Source: Candidatus Limnocylindrales bacterium (GTDB lineage Bacteria > Chloroflexota > Limnocylindria > Limnocylindrales > CSP1-4). From it: a stretch of 40,705 bases of DNA. Shown piece after piece: positions 33,940-40,705 of the stretch (the first letter of the stretch is position 1; each line of letters opens with the position of its first letter). Below the pieces are notes generated by a model that did not search any database, was not told where the DNA came from, and worked only from the letters and a program-made list of their open reading frames with translations. Both the position numbers and the translations under genes were made by a program. Where the stretch lies: assembly GCA_040514195.1 (NCBI GenBank), contig JBEVDC010000068.1:1-40705 (forward strand). Direction: 5' to 3'.

Positions 33940-35226
33940 TCACCTCTCTGCTGCTGGGTCCACCATCGCGCGATAAAGCAGGTCCATCAACTGACCGCGT
34001 GTCACGTCACCGCCCGGACAGTACAGTCGTTCGCCGCATCCCGCCGCGATGCCCGCCTCCGCGAGGGCGTTGATGCCATCCTCGAAGAGCGTCCCGTTAT
34101 CGTCGTCGAAGTAGTCCTGGGTCGCCGCGGGCAGCACGAGCGCCAGAGCGAGCATATGCGCGATCTGCGCTCGTGTGAGGCGCGTGGAGGGGCAGAACCG
34201 GCCGTCGGCGCATGGGGGCGCGATGCCCGCCTCAGCGATGCGGTTGATGTTGCCTTCGTTCGGGTCCCCGGTATCGTCGGTGAAGTAGTCGGCGGCCGCG
34301 TCGGGGTAATGGAACGCTCGCGCCAGGAAGGTGGCCGACTCCCCTCGAGTCACGGGGTTATTGGTGCAGAACATGTCAGCGTCGCAGCCATTGCTGATGC
34401 CGACCTCGCGCGCCCACGCGATCGCGTCGGCGTATGGGGAGGTGGCATGGTCGTTGGGGCAGCGCTGCCCTCGCTCGAGGACCTTGAACGTCGAGCCGGA
34501 CGAGCCGAATCGAATGCGAGCATAGGCGCAGTTGTTGGTCTCGGACTTCTCCGTGAACTGCCGATAGAGATCGACTGCACTACGGATCGTGTAGGTCCCG
34601 CCCGGCAGGCCGGTGATGTCGACCCACTGGTACGCGAAATTCCATGCGTACTTGTCCCCCCAGCCCACGGAGATCCCATTGCGCGTACGCAGCGACGCGC
34701 GTCGACCGCACATCGACTCCAGGTACACAGGGCGAGCCGGGGAGCGCGGGAGGCTCCCGTTGATGAGGTTCGTGTCGAAGAAACAGAACCCGACCTTGCT
34801 GGACCGCAGGGTCCCGCGGGCGCCCCACAGGTGGTAGGTCAGCATCCGGCGCACGTGCCAATGGTCGTGGCCGTCGCCCGCGTACTTCATGCGCGCAGTC
34901 GTCTCGATCCGGCGGAAGCCGCCGTCAGTTCGGTAGACGATCTGATCGACGTCCCATGCAGTCGAGGAAGTGCTCGGCCGCTTCGAACGTACTTCGAATG
35001 GCCCGTCGCCCTTGTTCCACATGATGCCAGTGAACCGCAGCAGCCGCCGACCGCCGGACTTCACGATATGGAAGCCGGTGATGTTGGCCACCCGAAGGTC
35101 GGGCAGGCGATCCGAGACAGCGGCAACCGGGGCCACCGGCGCGGCCGTGCTCAGCATCGCGATCAAAGCGACTGTGGTCAGCAGCCGACCTGCCAACTGC
35201 TTTCGGCCGGAGAGCCTGCCAGGCAT
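33940..35226 (-). CDS. secreted lysyl-oxidase-like copper amine oxidase domain protein with three C-terminal SLH-like repeats
   Basis: Signal peptide. It is collinear with the animal LOX catalytic domain as I recall it: LPDLRV, RLLRF, NKGDGPF, DGHDHWH (His-x-His-x-His copper site), SSKVGFCFFDT (versus HKASFCLEDT), GWGDKY (versus CYDTY), YQWVDITGLPGGTYTIRSAVD...SETNN (versus [22 protein letters not shown]...SDYTNN). Three ~50-aa repeats of the type I-x(3)-AGI-x(2)-GC-x(4)-FCP-x(3)-VTRGQ follow. Confidence 0.75.
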   Translation of the reverse strand: MPGRLSGRKQLAGRLLTTVALIAMLSTAAPVAPVAAVSDRLPDLRVANITGFHIVKSGGRRLLRFTGIMWNKGDGPFEVRSKRPSTSSTAWDVDQIVYRTDGGFRRIETTARMKYAGDGHDHWHVRRMLTYHLWGARGTLRSSKVGFCFFDTNLINGSLPRSPARPVYLESMCGRRASLRTRNGISVGWGDKYAWNFAYQWVDITGLPGGTYTIRSAVDLYRQFTEKSETNNCAYARIRFGSSGSTFKVLERGQRCPNDHATSPYADAIAWAREVGISNGCDADMFCTNNPVTRGESATFLARAFHYPDAAADYFTDDTGDPNEGNINRIAEAGIAPPCADGRFCPSTRLTRAQIAHMLALALVLPAATQDYFDDDNGTLFEDGINALAEAGIAAGCGERLYCPGGDVTRGQLMDLLYRAMVDPAAER

Positions 35227-35426
35227 CGTGCGACGAGCACCCTCCTCACGCGCAAGTGGCGACCTTGCTGGACGAGTTCGACGATGTCAACCCACGCATC
35301 GCGAGGCAACCCGATCCCAAGCCCGCGCGATCTCGCCGGACGACTCGGTCATGGACGCGATGGAGCCCGATCCGGGGGCGGTCTGGCACGCCTGGGCGAC
35401 CTTGATCTCGCCGGCGCTGATACCGC

Positions 35427-35432
35427 TACCAT
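35427..35432 (+). promoter_or_regulatory. candidate -10 box (TACCAT), near-leaderless start of the LLM oxidoreductase gene
   Basis: TACCAT lies 9 nt upstream of the ATG at 35442 with no SD. It is the same hexamer as in the tRNA promoter. Confidence 0.3.
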
Positions 35433-35441
35433 CGACTCGCG

Positions 35442-36422
35442 ATGGGCATCGGGATCGGGTTCCAGGCCTGGGCGACGAACGTCGATTGGCACCACCTCAT
35501 GGAAGCCGGCCGATCGATCGACGCGTCGGGATTCGAGACGCTGTGGTCGAACGACCACTTCCTGCCGGCCCTCGGTCCAGAGGCCGTGGTCGGTCCCGTC
35601 GACGGTCCGGTCTTCGAAGGTTGGTCCACCCTGTCGGGCTGGGCCGCCGCCACCTCACGCGTCCGACTGGGCTGCCTCGTCTCCGGTGTCGGCTATCGCA
35701 ACCCAAGCCTGCTGGTTCGGATGGCGACCGCGCTCGATCATGCGTCGGGAGGCCGGGCCGCTCTCGGGATAGGGGCCGGCTGGCACGAGCGAGAGCACCG
35801 CATGTTCGGCTTCGCCTATCCGGGGCTGGGCGAGCGCCTCGACCGTCTCGAGGAGGCGGCCGCCATCTGTCGGGGCCTGCTCGATGGGCGGCGGGTGACC
35901 ATCGCCGGCACGTGGTTCGAGATACACGACGCGGTCAACGATCCGCCCGCGGTCCAGGAACGGCTGCCGCTCGTCATCGGTGGCTCGGGCAAGAAACGGA
36001 CCCTGAAAATCGTGGCGCGCTACGCGGACTGGTGGAACGCAGACGGCGACGACCCGGCGGCGTTCGCCGCGCTGAATGCGATCCTCGACGAACACTGTGC
36101 CGCCGTGGGCCGAGACCCGACCCAGATCCGCCGCACGATCGGCCAGCGCCCGCCGCTCATCCGCGAGTCGGTCAAGGAAGCACGCCGCGACCTGGCCGAG
36201 ATCCTCGTCGCTCACGGGATGCCCGCCCACGTCGCGCATGATGTGGCGGAGGCCGATCCGTATGCCGCACCGCGCGCCGCGGTGTTCGATCGACTGGCGG
36301 CCTTTGCTGAGGCCGGCGCGTCCCTGGTGGTCTTCGACTGGCCGGCGCCGTTCGACCCTGCGACCCAGGAGGCACTCGGGGCTATGGCGCAGTCGTTCGC
36401 GAGTGATCGGCCTCCGTCCTAG
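35442..36422 (+). CDS. luciferase-like monooxygenase (LLM) class, probably F420-dependent oxidoreductase
   Basis: GIGFQAWATNVDWHHLMEAGRSIDASGFETLWSNDHF, GYRNPSLLVRMATALDHASGGRAALGIGAGWHEREH, PLVIGGSGKKRTLKIVARYAD. Confidence 0.8.
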   Translation: MGIGIGFQAWATNVDWHHLMEAGRSIDASGFETLWSNDHFLPALGPEAVVGPVDGPVFEGWSTLSGWAAATSRVRLGCLVSGVGYRNPSLLVRMATALDHASGGRAALGIGAGWHEREHRMFGFAYPGLGERLDRLEEAAAICRGLLDGRRVTIAGTWFEIHDAVNDPPAVQERLPLVIGGSGKKRTLKIVARYADWWNADGDDPAAFAALNAILDEHCAAVGRDPTQIRRTIGQRPPLIRESVKEARRDLAEILVAHGMPAHVAHDVAEADPYAAPRAAVFDRLAAFAEAGASLVVFDWPAPFDPATQEALGAMAQSFASDRPPS

Positions 36423-36467
36423 TCCCCTCGCCTGCGCCCTCCCTTTGCTGGTGCGCGCCCGATCGGC

Positions 36468-39065
36468 TCAAGCGTCGAGCCTGGCTCGGGCGGCCTCGAA
36501 GTAGGCGAGAAGCCGACGCCGGTCGACATCGGGGGCGATGGGCGCGATCGACTCCACCCAGGTCCGCGCGCCATCGATGATCGTCGCGATCACGACCGCG
36601 TCATCGGCGTCGAAGGTCGGTCGGCCGGGCACCTCGAGGTAGATGGGCGAGCTATGTGCCCCCATGGCGGTCGCGAAGGCCGACTCGATCAGCTGGCTGC
36701 TCGTGACACGAGCAGCCAGCCAGCCACCGTCTGTCACCCTGACTCGCTCGGCGAGGTCGATGTGGTCGCTGCCGGCCGGCGCGTTGGCAGACGCGATCAC
36801 GGAGCCGTCGTGGATCAGCTGGAGGCCATCGATCACCGGCAGTGCGGCCGTGGCCGTTGCCCTGACCTCGACGGTCCCGCCGCCGGGGCCGAGCGAGACG
36901 GTGTCGCCTGGTCGCTGGCCGTCGACGGCGATGTCCACGAAGGGCCCCGATGTCACGAAGGTGCGTCCAGACCGGATCGCATCCGCCCACCGCTCGAACG
37001 AGAGCGGACCCTCATCGTCGAGGCGGACGTACGTGCGGATGGCTCCCAGCGGGATCTCGGCGGTCATCTTGTCAGTGCCACCGACGATCGGCAGTCGGAA
37101 GCCACAATTGAGGAAGCGGTACCACTCGCGGATCGAGGGTCCATCGACCCCCGGCGTGAGCGCCTGCATCTCGATCGCCTCGATCTTGCCGGCGACGATG
37201 TCAGCCGCCACTTCGGCGTATGGCAGGGGGAAGTGGACGGCCACCGCCAGGCCGTGCTGAGCGCGGGCCGCGTCCGACCAATCGGCCATCAACCAGCGGA
37301 GCGGATCGCCGAGACGACCTTCCGGCGCGCCGCCGCTGGCCATCGGCAGGACAGCCTCGGAGGCACCGAGGAGGCCGATGTGGCCGAGCATGTTCTGGCG
37401 GTTCTCGCTGCCCATGACCACGAGGTGGCGGGCCGTCGGGTCGCGCAGGGTGACGATGGGCAGGTCGACGACGCCCGTGTGATGGTCCCCCCACTGAGTG
37501 GCCAGCAGGTTGACGATGCCGACCCCCTCGGCCTGTGCCTGAAGGAGCGCAGACGACGGGGAGATGAAGTGCACGTGGCAGTCGGCCGCGACCCAGGTGT
37601 CGCCGGTGGGCCAGCTGACGGGCTCCATAGCCAGGACGAGGGGACCGTTGATGTCGGCGACCTCGATCGATCGCCGCTCGGGCCGATAGCCGAAGCCACG
37701 TGCGACTTCGACGTGCACGGTCCCGACGGGCAGCTCGACGCCGAAGCGACCGGGTACATAGGCGTAGGTCGTGCCCCCCAGAACGAGGTCGGCTCCGGTG
37801 TCCTCGTTGAGCCCTGGATTGACCTCGTCGCGGTGGCCGAGCGGTGGCAGGTATCGTCCGTCGGCGGCACGGAAATGCACGCGCGCGGGCATCGGACTTC
37901 CCGTCGTTGCGTCGACGACGTCGACACTGACTCGGCGGGTGGCCAGCGGCATCGGCTCGATGGAGATGCGGCCGAACCGCCGTTTATGGCCGTCGGCCGG
38001 CAGCCGACGCGCCGGGATGGCCTCCCCGTCGACCACCAGCGAGGCGTCGGCCGCCATGGCGACATCTACGAGCGTGCTTGTCCCGGACGGCGGGCGCCTC
38101 GCACTGCCCCAGCCCGGGACCGAGTCGATCGGCCAGTCCGCGCCGAGCGGCGTCGGCGCCGGCCGTGTCCGGATGACCTGGCCGAGGTCGAGCGAGACCG
38201 ATCGGCGGCCGTCGTCGAGCGGCCCAGGAAGGGATCTCGCACGCGCGGGCCGCTCGACGCGCAGCGACCGGCGCGGCTCGAGGTGGAGCGGGGACGCCTT
38301 GCCGCGGAAGGCCGTGATGGCCGCCACGATGACGCCACCGCCATCGTCCATCGAGGCCAGGGGTTCCATGGACAACTGCGCCAGCACGGCCGGGCCGCCG
38401 GGGATCGCGATCTCGTGTAGCCAGAGGACGATCTCGTCGGTCGGGCTCGGGACGCTGTCTGCCACGCCCGTCTGAGCCGGGCCCCAGGCTCCGGGCAGGA
38501 TCGCCAGCAGTCCGGCCTGACCGGGAGGCGCGTAGCGCGCAGGTTCATGGCCGGGAAGCGGCCCCTGCCAGTCGAGCGGCTCATCGAGCTGGTGTGCTCG
38601 GGCGGCGAACGCGCCCTGTCCCCAGCCGACGATCCCCTCGTTGATCTCGAACCTGCGTCGGATCGTCCGCTCCGTCCTTCGTCCGCCGACCGACTCGACG
38701 GCGTAGAGCGCGATGTCCTGACCGACCGGCGTGACCCAACCGATCGGCAGGTCGGCAGGTCGACCGCCATCCATCGGGTGCCACGCGTCGCAGAAATGGG
38801 CGATGACAAGATGGCTGACCGGTCCAGACGTGCGGAGGTCGACCTCGATCGGCCGGTCGAGCAGCAGCCAACGGCGCGCCGCGCCCTTGCCGGGCAGTCG
38901 GAAGGGCAGGCCACGAAAGACCTGCCGACGGGCGGGCACGCGGCCCAGAGGTCCCCGGTAGGCGGGATGGAACCGAGCTTGGACGTCTGCGTCGCTGGCC
39001 GTCCGATGGCGCCGCAGATCGAGAGGCGTGGCCAGCGGGGTCGCTTCGCCCGTTGTGCGCGGCAC
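36468..39065 (-). CDS. large PHP-type (CehA/McbA-like) metallohydrolase with ~450-aa N-terminal region of unknown function
   Basis: The C-terminal half has AADCHVHFISPS (HxH), GSENRQNMLGHIGLLG, AVAVHFP and GGTDKM, typical of PHP/CehA-like hydrolases. The N-terminal half has no motif I recognise. The ORF is open to 39305, but that would overlap the divergent LacI gene and cover the operator-like palindrome. GTG 39065 or TTG 39071 is therefore preferred, and the start is uncertain. Confidence 0.7.
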   Translation of the reverse strand: MPRTTGEATPLATPLDLRRHRTASDADVQARFHPAYRGPLGRVPARRQVFRGLPFRLPGKGAARRWLLLDRPIEVDLRTSGPVSHLVIAHFCDAWHPMDGGRPADLPIGWVTPVGQDIALYAVESVGGRRTERTIRRRFEINEGIVGWGQGAFAARAHQLDEPLDWQGPLPGHEPARYAPPGQAGLLAILPGAWGPAQTGVADSVPSPTDEIVLWLHEIAIPGGPAVLAQLSMEPLASMDDGGGVIVAAITAFRGKASPLHLEPRRSLRVERPARARSLPGPLDDGRRSVSLDLGQVIRTRPAPTPLGADWPIDSVPGWGSARRPPSGTSTLVDVAMAADASLVVDGEAIPARRLPADGHKRRFGRISIEPMPLATRRVSVDVVDATTGSPMPARVHFRAADGRYLPPLGHRDEVNPGLNEDTGADLVLGGTTYAYVPGRFGVELPVGTVHVEVARGFGYRPERRSIEVADINGPLVLAMEPVSWPTGDTWVAADCHVHFISPSSALLQAQAEGVGIVNLLATQWGDHHTGVVDLPIVTLRDPTARHLVVMGSENRQNMLGHIGLLGASEAVLPMASGGAPEGRLGDPLRWLMADWSDAARAQHGLAVAVHFPLPYAEVAADIVAGKIEAIEMQALTPGVDGPSIREWYRFLNCGFRLPIVGGTDKMTAEIPLGAIRTYVRLDDEGPLSFERWADAIRSGRTFVTSGPFVDIAVDGQRPGDTVSLGPGGGTVEVRATATAALPVIDGLQLIHDGSVIASANAPAGSDHIDLAERVRVTDGGWLAARVTSSQLIESAFATAMGAHSSPIYLEVPGRPTFDADDAVVIATIIDGARTWVESIAPIAPDVDRRRLLAYFEAARARLDA

Positions 39066-39167
39066 GGTCAACGCCCCATACCCGCGGTCCTGCCGGTCGC
39101 CCCTGCCATGGCCGTCCCTCGCGTCGAGAGCCCGTTGACGCTGCTCGCCTGCGTATGCTAGCGTCGC

Positions 39168-39183
39168 GCGCAACCGATTGCGC
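39168..39183. promoter_or_regulatory. LacI-type operator candidate GCGCAA-CCGA-TTGCGC
   Basis: A 16-bp palindrome with perfect 6-bp arms lies between the LacI gene and the divergent hydrolase gene, next to the -10-like boxes TATGCT (+, 39154-39159) and TAGCAT (-, 39160-39155). Confidence 0.4.
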
Positions 39184-39283
39184 AAGCGGCGAGCATGTCG
39201 CGGTAGCGGGAGGCCTCGGTGGCAGGACCCGGGCTCGATCTCGGCGGCGGTCGGGAGATCGCTGATCGGGCGGGCTGGCTGAG

Positions 39284-40375
39284 GTGACGAAGGCTCGGCG
39301 CCCATCGGAGCGACGGGTGGTGCTGGCCGACGTGGCGCGCGACGCCGGGACCTCCGAATCGACGGCGTCGCGGGCGCTCAAGGACGACCCGCGGATCGGC
39401 GAGACGACACGCGCCGCGGTTCGTGCCTCGGCGGCGACCCTCGGCTACGTGCCGAATGCCGCAGCGCGCAGTCTGCGCGCCCGACGGACGCACATCCTGG
39501 GCCTCCTGCTCGACGACCTTGCCGACCCAGTCCACGGGCAGATGGCGTCCGGCTTCGAAGAGGCTGCGGCTGGGCAGGGCTATGCCGTTTTCATGATGAC
39601 CGGTCTCCACGACCTGGCACGGGAACAACGTGCGCTCCGTGCGTTCATCGAGCATCGCGCCGACGGGATCGTCCTCGCCTCGTGCGTCACCGATCCGGCA
39701 GAGGTCTACGCCCGGATGCCGAGATCGCGGGTGGTCTTCGTGCAACCCGACTACCCAGGTCTCGCCGACGGTGAGGGACTCGAGCGCGGCGAACTACGGA
39801 GCGACGACGCGGCTGGGGTGACCGCGATGATCCGCCATCTCGTCGATCGCGACTACCGACGCATCGCATACGTTGGCGCGGGCGGCGGCGCGTCGGACCT
39901 CCTGCGGCGCTCGACGGCCGCAGCGACGCTGGACGAGCTCGTGGGCGAGCCTCTGCACACCTATGATGCTGGCCTGGCCGGTTGGCGCGACCCGTCCGGA
40001 GTGGCGGATGCTATCGCCGGCGATCGTCCGGATGCCGTGATGTGCTACGACGACAAGCTTGCCCTCGCATTGATGGACACCCTTCGTCTGACGACGGTCG
40101 ACGTCCCTGCCGACCTCGCCGTGGTCGGTTTCGACGGGATCGCGCAGTCCAGCCGATCGCGGCCCCGACTGACGACCGTGGCGGTGCCGTCCGCGGAGCT
40201 CGGCCGTCGCGCGGTCGGGATGCTCGTCGCCGCGCTCCGCGACGGATCCGCGTCGCCCTCGGAGGTGATGCCGGTCCGACTCGTGATCGGCGAGACCGCG
40301 CCACAGCGCGATGCGGCAACCAGTCGTCGCCAGTCCGCCGAGCCGGTCGGCGGGGCGGCACGAGGGCGTGCGTGA
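39284..40375 (+). CDS. LacI-family transcriptional regulator
   Basis: HTH VVLADVARDAGTSESTASRALKDDPRIGETTRAAVRASAATLGYVPNAAARSLR followed by a periplasmic-binding-protein-like sugar-binding fold. An alternative start at GTG 39317 has GGAG 6 nt upstream. Confidence 0.88.
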   Translation: MTKARRPSERRVVLADVARDAGTSESTASRALKDDPRIGETTRAAVRASAATLGYVPNAAARSLRARRTHILGLLLDDLADPVHGQMASGFEEAAAGQGYAVFMMTGLHDLAREQRALRAFIEHRADGIVLASCVTDPAEVYARMPRSRVVFVQPDYPGLADGEGLERGELRSDDAAGVTAMIRHLVDRDYRRIAYVGAGGGASDLLRRSTAAATLDELVGEPLHTYDAGLAGWRDPSGVADAIAGDRPDAVMCYDDKLALALMDTLRLTTVDVPADLAVVGFDGIAQSSRSRPRLTTVAVPSAELGRRAVGMLVAALRDGSASPSEVMPVRLVIGETAPQRDAATSRRQSAEPVGGAARGRA

Positions 40376-40705
40376 TGAGCGTGGACCGCGTCGCGCCGGC
40401 GATCGAGCTGCTCGACGTGACGAAGCGGTACGGCGAGGCAGTCGCGCTCGACGGTGTGTCCCTCCAGATCGAGGCGGGCGAGTTCTTCTGCCTGCTCGGC
40501 CCATCTGGCTGCGGCAAGACGACGACACTGAACCTGATCGGCGGCTTCGTGCCCCTCAACTCGGGCGAGTTGCGGATCGAGGGTCGACGGGTCAATGACC
40601 TGGCGCCTCACCAACGCAACGTCAACACCGTCTTCCAGAACTACGCGCTCTTCCCGCACATGACGGTTGCCGAGAATGTCGCCTTCGGCCTGCGCATGGA
40701 AGGCC
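40375..40705 (+). CDS. ABC transporter ATP-binding protein (PotA/MalK-like), N-terminal part, runs off the window
   Basis: The ATG at 40375 overlaps the LacI stop by 1 nt. The Walker A motif is present (LLGPSGCGKTT), followed by NTVFQNYALFPHMTVAENVAFGL. The frame is open to the window end. Confidence 0.88.
   Translation, partial: MSVDRVAPAIELLDVTKRYGEAVALDGVSLQIEAGEFFCLLGPSGCGKTTTLNLIGGFVPLNSGELRIEGRRVNDLAPHQRNVNTVFQNYALFPHMTVAENVAFGLRMEG

Overview
This 40.7 kb window is about 70% GC and densely coding, with about 38 CDS and one tRNA. I saw no rRNA, CRISPR array, transposase, integrase, phage gene or recognisable defence gene. It reads as chromosomal core of a high-GC monoderm lineage. Supporting features are F420-linked enzymes, an LCP ligase, SLH-like anchors, CtaF-like oxidase pieces, and several first genes whose start codon lies 8-10 nt behind a TANNNT box. 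That pattern fits Actinomycetota or Chloroflexota; I cannot resolve which by eye. Gene order: RND transporter tail, small membrane protein, initiator tRNA-fMet with promoter and terminator, and a lipoprotein. Next comes an aa3-type cytochrome oxidase island: TlpA-like redoxin, CtaF-like/cupredoxin protein, small CtaF-like ORF, ctaE, ctaD, ctaC, divergent ctaG, a fused ctaA-ctaB, and a thioredoxin-fold lipoprotein. A membrane class III nucleotide cyclase follows. The pyrimidine operon runs pyrR-pyrB-pyrC-(three unknown ORFs)-pyrK-pyrD-pyrE. After it come an ECF sigma/anti-sigma pair, a GalT-like HIT protein, lipB and an LCP protein. Then an XRE-cupin regulator lies divergent from an F420-type NADP oxidoreductase, followed by a DUF5666-repeat secreted protein and a multi-rhodanese sulfurtransferase behind a terminator-containing leader. 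The window ends with an 88-aa ORF, a PQQ-type sugar dehydrogenase, a lysyl-oxidase-like protein with SLH-like repeats, an LLM/F420 oxidoreductase, a large PHP-type metallohydrolase, a LacI regulator and the start of an ABC ATPase. The most interesting signals are: (1) an oxidase carrying two amicyanin-like blue-copper domains, one fused to CoxII and one on a duplicated CtaF-like anchor, with no haem-c motif in the cluster; (2) an unclassified attenuator with a Cys-rich leader ORF directly in front of the sulfurtransferase gene; (3) a bacterial lysyl-oxidase homologue; (4) a GalT-like protein lacking the nucleophilic histidine; (5) three unknown genes embedded in the pyr operon. All functional calls come from reading motifs by eye and from memory of protein families. 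No database search was run.
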